Below, in pieces: positions 8,877 through 18,560 of a stretch of 51,665 nucleotides of DNA (position 1 is its first letter; each line of letters begins with the position of its first letter). The translations under genes and the position numbers were made by a program. Source of the stretch: Candidatus Nanohalarchaeota archaeon (GTDB lineage Archaea; Nanohalarchaeota; Nanosalinia; Nanosalinales; Nanoanaerosalinaceae); the NCBI GenBank assembly GCA_022729255.1, contig JALDAG010000003.1, forward strand, positions 1 through 51,665, read 5' to 3'. The notes beneath the pieces are model-generated. The model saw only the letters and a list, made by a program, of their open reading frames with translations, did no database searches and was not told the origin of the DNA.

Positions 8877-11800
8877 TTATTTAGATGTGAACTGTCCAAG
8901 ACTGGACTGTCTATCAGCTCTACCAAACAAAGATATAATCTGGTCCTTAAGCAAATAAATATACTGCCTCCTATAATTGGAAACTCCGAACTCATCCGCT
9001 ATCTCCTCAGAAGGTTCAAGATATTTTCTTATAGCTCCTTCAGAAACTGTCAAAAGAATTCTGCCTCCGCATCTAGTGCATACTCCTCTTAGAGGGACTC
9101 TCCTAAACTTTTCATTGCAACTAACGCATCTAAACCTCTGTCTTGAAAAAGCGTTCAAATTTCCTTTAATGTCGGGTATAAAATGTTCCGTCAATAAAAG
9201 CTCTGCCAACATATCTTCATCAACTGATTTGATTTTTTTACCAAGATCTAGTTGAGTTTGGACCTTTTCAGACATCTCTCCTAAAGTAACGTAGTTGGAT
9301 TGAACTGGAGCGTCCTCTATATTAGAAGTAGGGTGTGTGAAGTTGAAATCAAAAGAACTGTTCTCTTCTATCAAGTTCTCAGCAAGAACTATATCTAGTT
9401 CGAACGGAGAACAAAATTCTTGGGATTTTTCATAAAGTTCCAAGGGATACTCAGGAACCACATCAACGTTCCATGATTCATCGTCAACCTCATCAGGATG
9501 TAAAACGGTTGAAAGAATTAAGGGTGCGTCCATGGTTCTAGAACCTGTGCTGTCCGGTAAAAACTGTCTAGAAAAGTTTAATAAGGCGTCCATCAAGAGT
9601 ATAACTGAATCCTCGTCTCCATCACAGTTCCTTCTTTTTGCAGCATGCCAATAAGGGTGTGCATATGTTCCTTTTGCATCGGCAAAACCTATTATCCTTC
9701 CAACTATCCCTCCTGATGTGTGAGGTGCCAGACCTATCACAAGTTCTCCTACCAAATCCTCTGCTTTCTCAAAGTTGTAAAAAGAATCAAGTCCATAAAA
9801 CTTTTGAAGAAGTTCATCAACGAACTTAGAAACGTTGAAAAGGTATTCATCGGCGGAAAAATTGTAGCTGTTGTTAGATAAAACTATGTCTTGCGGCTTT
9901 AATATCAATACTTGGTCTTCTCTTTCGAGATCTTCTCCATTAACATCTTTTTTGTATCCTAGTTCTCTCAATTTATCGACGGAGGTTCCTATTTCACAAG
10001 GTTTGAAATGTGTAAGCGTCAAATCAGTTGAGTCATATCTAATTGTGCCGTCCTTGTTTACATATAGATCGTACTTCTCTCTTAATAGTCCTTTCTCTAT
10101 CGGTTCAACATGCTTCAGTTTACCTGTTACTTTTTTAGGAGACTTCAAAAGTTCTGGAAGAACCCTCAATCCGAGATTTCTTTTTGCCTTGTTCATGAGC
10201 TCCTTGACCGGTATCTTGGTCTTTTTGCTTCTTGATGTTTCGCCTCCACAGCTTCCACATTTCTCATCTTTAACTTTTTTACTACATTTCCTGCATATCC
10301 TTATCGGTTCGGCCTCTTTTCCACAGTAAGGACAGTATGAAAAATGAACCGTCCTGTTGCATTCGGTACAAAAATTATGTATTATTTCCTCATTAACTGT
10401 TCCATGCTCCCCATAACTTCTCATAAAGTTACGCATCCTTCCTCCTTCCTCGGATCCACACGGAAAAAGAAAGTGGGGATCTCCTTTTAGAGATCTTCTC
10501 TCAGCCTTTTCCGGTCTTCCCATCCTTGCACCTATATACACGGAATCTCTTTTACGTAGTTCAACACCCAAAACATCAGAAATGCCGTCTATAACGCTTT
10601 CTTCAAAATCGCTTAAATCTGTCTTTTCCGGTTCCAAAGACCTGTAAAGTATCTTAGAATCTTTTTCAGACAATATTATTTTTTCGTTAGATACTTCGTG
10701 CTGAACAAAAAGTTCCTCAAGGGGTTTTTTAGCTGCTTTTCCAAGTTTTATTTTCCCTCCATCATATTCCGCTTTTTCAACTTCTTCATAGAGTTTTTTG
10801 AAAAGTTCAAAATTTATACCTGACCAGAAAAACGTCATCCATGGATGTAAGGGAACTTCTAACTCCTCCGATATTTTGATGGCTTCTTCAAAACCAGGTT
10901 GTTCAAAAGGCCTTTCAATAAACTCTTCTAAATCAATATCGAGTTTTACGTTGTTTCCTAGTGCGTTTCTTACCTCTTTGGCCCACCACTCCACAACAAA
11001 AGGCGAGGGAACAAGATCTTTACCGTTCTCAACGAACTCTCCGAATGGAACAAGAACGTCTCCGAGGAAAAGGATTTTATCGATGCGTTCCATGATTTCC
11101 CTGGCTTCCTCTCTGCTGTTTAAACTAAGGACTGTACCATCTTCCAACCTGACAACAGGCCCTTCCAAAGAATCGCAAGGCGTTGAAACGGTTGCTTTTC
11201 CAGGGTACTCCATCTTTAACTGCGTTCCAAGAGCCATAAACCTCTCAGTGACTTCCATCGTTGCAGGATGGAAAGAAAGAGCTGCAAGACCTCCTGTCCT
11301 AGACCTTCCGTACCTTATCCTGAACCCGCCTCTAACACCTGGAAAAGAAAAGATAGGTCTTCCCGCAACAACGTGTTCCAGAAACTTGTCAGAAGCTTCG
11401 TATATTTTTTTAGCTTCTTCTTCCTCATCATCAGAACCGTTACCGTTGTCGGAATGAATTTCGTTTTGTAACTCAAGATAATCCTCCACCCAGGACCAGT
11501 TCTCTATTCCGAACTCTTCTCCATAATTTTTCACCCTTTTCTTTATTTTAGGTGCTTTCAAAGGCAGACCATCAAGATATATCAAACACATACCGCCTCT
11601 AATCCTGTTGGTATCGACTCTTTCCAAGTCCTTATAACTTGAAACTTCAAGACTTTCAGTTGGAGTCCCCGTGATTTCAACAGGGACGTTTTTGGCTATA
11701 AACCGTGTTTCTTTTCTCTCAGGAGTGTACTGTTTTGTCGTAATTCTAGTGAAATAATCCTCAACTTCTACAGCGTATCTTTCTACTTCATCCTCTCTTA

Positions 11801-12344
11801 TCTTAAATCTTTCAAGGCCAACGTTTTTCCTAATATAATCCGCCAACAGAACGGACATCGCAGAAGCGGTTCCTCCCGCAGATCTTATTGGTCCTGCATA
11901 AGAAACAGCCAGGTACTCGGACCCATCATCATTCTTTTTAATAAAAGTATCTGATATACCTTCTAACGGCGCTGTAACAATACCTCCTGTCATGTAAGCA
12001 AGTCCTACTCTTATGCCCGCATCCACAGCACTTTCAAGCGAATCAAATTCTACAAACTTGCCGCTTGCTATTTCCTTTCCGATTTTGAAAGCTACTCTTT
12101 CATCATTTTTACCGTATTCGCTTTCCAGCTCCTCTATCCTGTGCTCAGCACCACAACCATCAAGTTCAGGGTAAAGTGTTGCCGATATTAAACCTAAAGA
12201 TTTCGCTGCTAAATTCTCGGCAACAGGTATATCAACGTTTTTCTCAGGGTCTTTTCCTTTTGACCTTGCCTTTTCAGCCACTTCATACGCTTTCTCTGTC
12301 TTCTTCTCTATATCGTCAAAGTACTGTTTCATTTCTTCTACCAA
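8877..12344 (-). CDS. polC: DNA polymerase D large subunit DP2
   Basis: YAGPIRSAGGT, GFRIRYGRSRT, HAAKRRNCDGDED catalytic motif, Cys zinc fingers; no intein. Confidence 0.98.
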   Translation of the reverse strand: MVEEMKQYFDDIEKKTEKAYEVAEKARSKGKDPEKNVDIPVAENLAAKSLGLISATLYPELDGCGAEHRIEELESEYGKNDERVAFKIGKEIASGKFVEFDSLESAVDAGIRVGLAYMTGGIVTAPLEGISDTFIKKNDDGSEYLAVSYAGPIRSAGGTASAMSVLLADYIRKNVGLERFKIREDEVERYAVEVEDYFTRITTKQYTPERKETRFIAKNVPVEITGTPTESLEVSSYKDLERVDTNRIRGGMCLIYLDGLPLKAPKIKKRVKNYGEEFGIENWSWVEDYLELQNEIHSDNGNGSDDEEEEAKKIYEASDKFLEHVVAGRPIFSFPGVRGGFRIRYGRSRTGGLAALSFHPATMEVTERFMALGTQLKMEYPGKATVSTPCDSLEGPVVRLEDGTVLSLNSREEAREIMERIDKILFLGDVLVPFGEFVENGKDLVPSPFVVEWWAKEVRNALGNNVKLDIDLEEFIERPFEQPGFEEAIKISEELEVPLHPWMTFFWSGINFELFKKLYEEVEKAEYDGGKIKLGKAAKKPLEELFVQHEVSNEKIILSEKDSKILYRSLEPEKTDLSDFEESVIDGISDVLGVELRKRDSVYIGARMGRPEKAERRSLKGDPHFLFPCGSEEGGRMRNFMRSYGEHGTVNEEIIHNFCTECNRTVHFSYCPYCGKEAEPIRICRKCSKKVKDEKCGSCGGETSRSKKTKIPVKELMNKAKRNLGLRVLPELLKSPKKVTGKLKHVEPIEKGLLREKYDLYVNKDGTIRYDSTDLTLTHFKPCEIGTSVDKLRELGYKKDVNGEDLEREDQVLILKPQDIVLSNNSYNFSADEYLFNVSKFVDELLQKFYGLDSFYNFEKAEDLVGELVIGLAPHTSGGIVGRIIGFADAKGTYAHPYWHAAKRRNCDGDEDSVILLMDALLNFSRQFLPDSTGSRTMDAPLILSTVLHPDEVDDESWNVDVVPEYPLELYEKSQEFCSPFELDIVLAENLIEENSSFDFNFTHPTSNIEDAPVQSNYVTLGEMSEKVQTQLDLGKKIKSVDEDMLAELLLTEHFIPDIKGNLNAFSRQRFRCVSCNEKFRRVPLRGVCTRCGGRILLTVSEGAIRKYLEPSEEIADEFGVSNYRRQYIYLLKDQIISLFGRADRQSSLGQFTSK

Positions 12345-12378
12345 AAATTAACACCTTGTAATATATTTATAAACACGT

Positions 12379-13776
12379 TTAAACCTCCTTAACCTTAACA
12401 TCCCTGGTTTTAAGGTTTACCATAGCTATCTTTCCAGGGTCTGGTTTGTGTCCCATCCTCTTCTGAAAAGAAGTCTGGCTCTGCATTGTCCCTGAAGATA
12501 TCAAATTTATTCCTTTATAATTTGAAACGTTGAATCCGTGAGTATGGCCCATAACAAATATGTCTGGAATCAAATCTATCACCATATAATCTCTATCTTC
12601 GGGGCTCAAAAGGTTGGAACCGTACATAGGTGCAAGATGCCTTCTCTTGATATAATCCACCATACATCTGCAAGGATCCTCATATGCATTCTCCCTTAGA
12701 TCCGGTATTGAATCTACGTGACCATCAAAAGAATATCCGTGGTATAATAAAACACGGATGCCGCCTGAAGAAAAGCCGTGTATAGTAACTGTTGAAGGGT
12801 TGGAAAGAAAGTGTACATTTTCACGTTCATGTAATTCAGAACATACTTTTTTAGGTAGAGGTGGTTGAGGTTCTGCCATTCTTACAACATCGTGGTTTCC
12901 GGGTGTAACTATGATTTGTATGTGTTCCGGTATTATATCCACAAATTCCCTGAATTCATCGTACTGTGAATAAATGTCGTGAACGTTCAGATCGTTCTCC
13001 TGTCCCGGATAATTTCCTATACCTTCTACTATATCTCCATTCAAAAAAATGTATCCTATCTTGCTCGCAACTCCATTACCAGAGCAAACCCATTCCGCGA
13101 ACTTCAAAGTTTTGTTTCCAAGGGTGTCCTTTGAACCAAAGTGTAAGTCCGAAAGAAAAGCAGCATAAACTTCTTCATCGACCTCTCCGTAATCCCTTGA
13201 TAGAGGCACATCAGGTCTTACAACCTCGCTTGCAAAAACTATGTCGTCGCCAACCACTCCTTTAAACCCTGCAACTTCATCCGAAACTATCCATTCTCCT
13301 TCATCCTCATCAACAAGAACTTTTGTCATGCCTGTATCATCTTCAACATAAACAATCCAGCGTCCGCTATTAGTTTTGTACTTTCTTGAAACCATTCCTA
13401 TTATAGAAACATCTTCCCTGTTATTATACCCTTTTAATCTTCCTATTGAAACAGCATCGGATAATTCAACCCTGTTCATCAAAAACTCTTTTAATCTGAA
13501 AAACCTGTCATTAAAATACTGTACGAACTCATCAACATCTTTACCCTCTTCTTTCCCCTTAAAACATTTTTCAACGACTACTTCCGTTTCCAAACTATTT
13601 TCATAACATTTTTTGTTTCCTCTTATTTCTGAAAGGGATTTTTTATCAATATGATTTATCTCTTTATCTGATTCCAGCATCCTATAAAAATCTCTCTCAG
13701 ATATGTGATCAATAACGTCAGGACTTACAGTAATACCTTCCTTTAAAAATTTTTTTATCAAGCTGTTTTCTTCCAT
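12379..13776 (-). CDS. polB: DNA polymerase D small subunit DP1
   Basis: OB fold followed by phosphoesterase motifs SDLHFGS, GDIVEG, PGNHD, YHG, GHTH. Confidence 0.97.
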   Translation of the reverse strand: MEENSLIKKFLKEGITVSPDVIDHISERDFYRMLESDKEINHIDKKSLSEIRGNKKCYENSLETEVVVEKCFKGKEEGKDVDEFVQYFNDRFFRLKEFLMNRVELSDAVSIGRLKGYNNREDVSIIGMVSRKYKTNSGRWIVYVEDDTGMTKVLVDEDEGEWIVSDEVAGFKGVVGDDIVFASEVVRPDVPLSRDYGEVDEEVYAAFLSDLHFGSKDTLGNKTLKFAEWVCSGNGVASKIGYIFLNGDIVEGIGNYPGQENDLNVHDIYSQYDEFREFVDIIPEHIQIIVTPGNHDVVRMAEPQPPLPKKVCSELHERENVHFLSNPSTVTIHGFSSGGIRVLLYHGYSFDGHVDSIPDLRENAYEDPCRCMVDYIKRRHLAPMYGSNLLSPEDRDYMVIDLIPDIFVMGHTHGFNVSNYKGINLISSGTMQSQTSFQKRMGHKPDPGKIAMVNLKTRDVKVKEV

Positions 13777-13785
13777 TAAACAACC

Positions 13786-14979
13786 TCAGAGATAAAACTT
13801 GTTTTTCAGAATATTATCTAATTTTTCCACTATGTTTTTATCAAGATCCACAGATATTTTCCTTGTCCTTCCATATCTTCCTTTAGAAACCACTCTGGCA
13901 TTTATAACTCCTAACATGTCAAGTTCAGCTATTAAATCGCTCACTCTCCTCTGTGTTAAAGGTTTACTTCCTGCTCTTCTAGCCATATCTTGATAATCTT
14001 TATATACATCTCCTGTATGTATCTCACCTTCATCCATATTTATTATAGTATATAAAATTATTTGAGAATGTTTTGGTTGACTTCTAACAGCTTCTACAAC
14101 CCTGTCCTTTTCAATTTTATCTTGTGCTCTATCAACATGTTTTGTAGTAACTTTTTTTTCGTCTTCTCTTTCAGCAAGTTCCCCTGCCACCCTTAAAAGA
14201 TCTATAGCTCTTCTTGCATCTCCGTGTTCTGAAGCTGCTAGTGCAGAACATTTTGAAATAACGCCGTTATCAAGAACATCTTCATTAAACCCTTCTTCAC
14301 ATCTCTGTTTAAGAATTCTTTTCAGCTCCATTCCATCGTATGGAGGAAAAATTATTTCTTCCTCTGAAAGAGAACTTTTTACTCTGGCATCTATATAATC
14401 AACGAAGTTAAGATCGTTTGAAATTCCTATAAGAGATACTTTCGTGGATTTTAAATCATCATTTACCCTTGTAAGGTTATACAAAAAATCATCTCCTATT
14501 TTACGTACAAGCGCATCTATCTCGTCAAGAACTAAAATAACAACCCCTGTTTTATCTTCTAAAGCTTCAAAAAATCTTTCATATACTGCATCTGTAGGTA
14601 ACCCTGTTGCTGGGACTTCTGCTCCAAGCTCTCTTGCTAATTTTGCTGATAACCTGTATTCTGTATCAGCAACTTTCTTCATTTTACAGTTAATATAAAC
14701 AACATTTAATTCGCTGGAACCATTTCCAGCTACTTTCATTAATTCTTCGCAAACATGTTTTGTGACAAGTGTTTTTCCTGTCCCTACAGTACCATAAACA
14801 AAAACATTTGATGGATCATTTCCTTTAAGACATGGAGCAAGAATTGAAGCTAATTCATCTACTTGTTTATCCCTGTGCAATATATTTTCAGGATGGAAAT
14901 TAGTGGATAAAACATCTTTATTTTTGAATATAGATTCTCTTTCAAGGTATTCTGTAAATTTCTCCTGAAGTGAACTCAT
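13786..14979 (-). CDS. cdc6: Orc1/Cdc6 replication initiator
   Basis: Walker A GTVGTGKT, Walker B VLDEID, GDARRAIDLLR, wHTH ELDMLG..SKGRYGRT. Confidence 0.97.
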   Translation of the reverse strand: MSSLQEKFTEYLERESIFKNKDVLSTNFHPENILHRDKQVDELASILAPCLKGNDPSNVFVYGTVGTGKTLVTKHVCEELMKVAGNGSSELNVVYINCKMKKVADTEYRLSAKLARELGAEVPATGLPTDAVYERFFEALEDKTGVVILVLDEIDALVRKIGDDFLYNLTRVNDDLKSTKVSLIGISNDLNFVDYIDARVKSSLSEEEIIFPPYDGMELKRILKQRCEEGFNEDVLDNGVISKCSALAASEHGDARRAIDLLRVAGELAEREDEKKVTTKHVDRAQDKIEKDRVVEAVRSQPKHSQIILYTIINMDEGEIHTGDVYKDYQDMARRAGSKPLTQRRVSDLIAELDMLGVINARVVSKGRYGRTRKISVDLDKNIVEKLDNILKNKFYL

Positions 14980-15020
14980 GTTATCAACCGTTGAATTAAC
15001 ATAGAAAAACTAATTTTAAA

Positions 15021-15290
15021 ACAGTTTCCACTTGAAACAAGGTATTACCACACCACCACCCCTCTGTTTCTTATGGAGCTAACATAATAATAACAATATA
15101 ATATATAACAGTGTTATATTATTGTTATTTCATACCTTTTTCTTTTTTTACAGTTCCATATGAAATCATGGTGTGATACTTTGAATTCATATAACAGCGT
15201 TATATTTATAGTATTTTTTTTTTTACTTCACAAAAAATGAATGTATAACTATGTTATGTGAAATAAAATTTGTATAACACTGTTATACTT
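15021..15290. other. Probable replication origin (oriC) upstream of cdc6
   Basis: ORB-like TTTCCACTTGAAACAAGG (+, 15025), CTCCATAAGAAACAGAGGGG (-, 15059-15078) and GTTCCATATGAAATCATGG (+, 15153); very AT-rich 15081-15150; adjacent to cdc6-polD. Confidence 0.85.
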
Positions 15291-16553
15291 AGTTAGAGTA
15301 TCAATACAGGTATAATTATACATGACATCAGTAACGATTTTTTTGCATCTAGACGTGAACATATTAAACCTACACCTGTCGAAATGAAATAAATGCTTAC
15401 ACCTGTATGACCTGTAAAATATATTATCAAGAATAGAAGACATGTAATTATAGTAATTTTTAAAATATTTTCATCTATTTTTTCTAAGATAAATATGAAC
15501 ATGAAAACAATTTTTTTACTTAATAAAAATGTTAAACCTGAGCTAATAAATCCAACTGAAATAATATAAAAAATTTTGATTTTATCCGTCGAATAATTAG
15601 AAATAATGAAATCTGCGAGACCTGTCCTACTTCTTAAACTTGTTAAAATGATTATTATAGACGTAATGATATTAGTGGTATTAACAGATCCAAGAGCAGA
15701 CATGAATTCTAATCTATCTTCAGTATCAAGTACAGTAGCTGTGGAGGAAGGTCCGATACCAGGCAAAACAGAGGAAAATATTCCTGCAACAAACCCTTTG
15801 AAACCTCCAACAATGTTTTTTTTATCAGGAAAAAAGAAATCAATTTTTTGAACTGGAAAATCTTCATTAAATTTTTTTATGAGTATAGGGGTCCCGAAAA
15901 GACCTGCGAACATAGGCAGAAAAGCTTCAGATGTACCTACAGAATTTATATTAAACACTATTAAACCAACTAGAGAACCTAAAAAAACAGTTATTATCCC
16001 TGCTATTATATTTTTACAGCTCAATATTATGTACAGAAGTATTATTACTATCATAAAATTCTGAAAATTTGAAATCTTGTCCAAAAAATAGTTGTAGAAT
16101 AAATAAAGAGGATACAAAGACAAACAAGTTATTATTACACCTGTTATAGAGCCATAATAAGTTGTAAAAAAAGCTTTTGATCCTTTTCCTTTTACCACGA
16201 GCTTTTTACCTGGTAATGTGATCAAAGGAGAATTTTCATCTGGTATCCCTATAAATATAGAAGGACCGTGATTTATCAGGCTATGAGTTATTCCTAGGCC
16301 AAGAGCAAACATAATACCATGTACACCTTCTATGGAATAAACCATCAGTATAGAAAAAACCGTGTTGGGATGAACTCCAGGCAAACTACCTGTTATAATG
16401 CCCGAAATACAACCTATTAAGACAAAAATAATTGTATAAATGATTTTTTACACATCTCAAAAAAGATCTCCAAATATTTTTTTGTAATAAACAACAAAAA
16501 ACAGTTTTCCTCATATAATTTTTCTGACCGAATGAAATATAACAGTGTTATAT
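15103..16553. repeat. 17-bp palindrome RTATAACA-N-TGTTATAY, five copies
   Basis: Copies at 15103-15119, 15189-15205, 15243-15259 (degenerate), 15272-15288 and 16537-16553. Confidence 0.9.
15293..16444 (-). CDS. TctA-family (tripartite tricarboxylate transporter-like) membrane protein; start uncertain
   Basis: GIITGSLPGVHPN and internal repeat SSVLPGIGPS, PMFAGLFG; the open frame extends 20 codons upstream of the TTG at 16384. Confidence 0.8.
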   Translation of the reverse strand: MIYTIIFVLIGCISGIITGSLPGVHPNTVFSILMVYSIEGVHGIMFALGLGITHSLINHGPSIFIGIPDENSPLITLPGKKLVVKGKGSKAFFTTYYGSITGVIITCLSLYPLYLFYNYFLDKISNFQNFMIVIILLYIILSCKNIIAGIITVFLGSLVGLIVFNINSVGTSEAFLPMFAGLFGTPILIKKFNEDFPVQKIDFFFPDKKNIVGGFKGFVAGIFSSVLPGIGPSSTATVLDTEDRLEFMSALGSVNTTNIITSIIIILTSLRSRTGLADFIISNYSTDKIKIFYIISVGFISSGLTFLLSKKIVFMFIFILEKIDENILKITIITCLLFLIIYFTGHTGVSIYFISTGVGLICSRLDAKKSLLMSCIIIPVLIL

Positions 16554-16601
16554 GAAGGTCATGATTAAAAAGTCTGGAGTTAAAATAAACTGGTGATAAT
16601 T

Positions 16602-16913
16602 ATGTTTAATCCAAAGAACATGGAAAAAATGATGAAGCAGATGGGCATGAAAACAGAAGACTTGGGCGCTAAAAAAGTAGTTGTAGATCTTGGAGACGAA
16701 GAAATGGTTTTTAGTGATCCAGAACTTGTAAAAATATCTGTTAAAGGAAAGGACATGTTTCAATTACAGGGAAAGTTTACTAAAAGAGGAAAAGGACCTT
16801 CTAAGGAAGATATAGAACTTGTTTCTGAGAAAGCAGGCGTTTCAGAGGATGAAGCAAGAAAAGCTTTGGAATCTCATGACGACCTTACAGACGCTATAAT
16901 GAGTCTGAAATAA
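16602..16913 (+). CDS. nac: Nascent polypeptide-associated complex protein
   Basis: NPKNMEKMMKQMG, C-terminal UBA-like EDIELV...DLTDAIMSL; GGTGAT SD. Confidence 0.95.
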   Translation: MFNPKNMEKMMKQMGMKTEDLGAKKVVVDLGDEEMVFSDPELVKISVKGKDMFQLQGKFTKRGKGPSKEDIELVSEKAGVSEDEARKALESHDDLTDAIMSLK

Positions 16914-18560
16914 TCATTCAACATCTAATATATCTAAAGCAGTAGCGTATGCAGGTCTTGTAACAGATATTCCTACAATCACACCTATAATCGTTGTGAT
17001 TGCGAAACCTCTTACAGCTCCTGCACCAATAGTCATTACAGGTATCATAGCTCCTATTGTGGATGCTGCTGAAGTGAAAATTATGAAGAAAGCTCTTTTT
17101 ACTCTCTTCTTTAACGATTTGATCCTTTCCCTAGTCCTTTCATCAGTAATGATAATCTGGTCGTCTACTCCTGTACCTACAGCGGAGATTATACCAGCTA
17201 TTGCTGCAAGATCCAATCCTGTGGAAAAGTTTATCATACCTATTAAAAACAGAGATACAACAGGAAGCATCAGTACAGTGAAATCGTTTTGTTTGAAACC
17301 TGTTATTAGACCTATCAGTGTAGGAGCACCAATTACAAGAACTACTATACCTATACCTCGAGCGGTATCAAAAAGATAAGAACCGTCCGCGAATATCCCT
17401 ATCATTATGAAAACTTCTGAAAAACCAGTTATTATTATAGGTAACGCGACTTTTGGAGTGTTGTACCTGATAAATATAAGTAATCCCACACCGATTACAG
17501 CCAAAAATATGGCTGTCAGCGCAACCCTCATAAATTCCTCTCCAAGAACAGCTGAAACAGTATCTGTTGAAGATATGGATATAGGAACGGGCAAAGCACC
17601 CGACTCAAGAACAGATTTAAGAGTGTTCATCTGCTCATAAGCTTCTTCTCTTGTAGGCTCTCCACCACTTATAGATGGTTCAGTTATAACCTGGTCTCTA
17701 AACACTGAAGCGACGTTCAAAGACGAAATTACTTCATTATCAAGTATTAATACTAGTTGTGTTCCTTCTAAATAAGTTGTGTCTTCTCCAGGAGACACTC
17801 CCCCTGCATCAAAGTTCTGTGCAAGATCTCTGAATCTTTCAGCTGCAGACCTATCAATAGATACTTGGAACTGGAACGGAAAGTTTCCGTTTTGTTCTCT
17901 ACCAACACCGGACCGGGAAGGATCTATATCAACACCTGTTATGTCTTCTCCTTTATACGCTACTAACCTTAAGTTGTACCTTCCTTCATCCGTTAAGTTA
18001 ACAAATTCAACTGGCACACTGTATTCAGAACCTTCAACGTCTTTTTCTTCTCCAACACCTATTTCCGTGTTGCCAAGAACTATGGATTCGTTTCTTCCTT
18101 CAAGTTCGAATTCAGAACCGCCTAATAATATTAAGTCTCCGTCCTCCGCTTCCATGGAAAGAGACGCTTTAAAAATACCTTCCCTGTCCACAATTTCTCT
18201 TAATTCTTCTGTTGTGGCTCCAGCCATCTCCATTTGGATAAAATTCTGGTCAGCGGTCAAACTACTTACTTGACGTATAGTCATGTCTTCAAGACCATAT
18301 GCATCAACTCTGGTTCTTAAAGTCCTTATGGTCTGTTCTATAGTGCTTTGTCTTTCTTCATAAGGAACATCAGATAGATCCGGCTCTATTAATATCCTTG
18401 CACCTCCAGCAAGATCCAAACCTTGTATAACATTAGTATCCAACCTTGTTGTGCCGTCCTCCGCTTCGACATAGTGAGGTCCTATGGCTAATAAAGCACC
18501 CATTAAGGCTGTTATAAGCATCCATATTCTCCATTCTTTCAATAATTCTTTGAGCACCAT
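16914..18560 (-). CDS. secD: Protein translocase subunit SecD
   Basis: GLDLAGG, LESGALP, GTGVDDQIII, GFAITTIIG. Confidence 0.95.
   Translation of the reverse strand: MVLKELLKEWRIWMLITALMGALLAIGPHYVEAEDGTTRLDTNVIQGLDLAGGARILIEPDLSDVPYEERQSTIEQTIRTLRTRVDAYGLEDMTIRQVSSLTADQNFIQMEMAGATTEELREIVDREGIFKASLSMEAEDGDLILLGGSEFELEGRNESIVLGNTEIGVGEEKDVEGSEYSVPVEFVNLTDEGRYNLRLVAYKGEDITGVDIDPSRSGVGREQNGNFPFQFQVSIDRSAAERFRDLAQNFDAGGVSPGEDTTYLEGTQLVLILDNEVISSLNVASVFRDQVITEPSISGGEPTREEAYEQMNTLKSVLESGALPVPISISSTDTVSAVLGEEFMRVALTAIFLAVIGVGLLIFIRYNTPKVALPIIITGFSEVFIMIGIFADGSYLFDTARGIGIVVLVIGAPTLIGLITGFKQNDFTVLMLPVVSLFLIGMINFSTGLDLAAIAGIISAVGTGVDDQIIITDERTRERIKSLKKRVKRAFFIIFTSAASTIGAMIPVMTIGAGAVRGFAITTIIGVIVGISVTRPAYATALDILDVE

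Noticed and set aside
8877-14979. Inteins in DP2 or Cdc6
   Set aside because: Lengths are normal and catalytic motifs are uninterrupted.
15103-16553. Palindromes as a CRISPR array or Xer/dif site
   Set aside because: Irregular spacing, too short, no cas genes; the TATAA/TTATA arms are 5 nt apart rather than the 6-nt dif spacer, and the site is multicopy.
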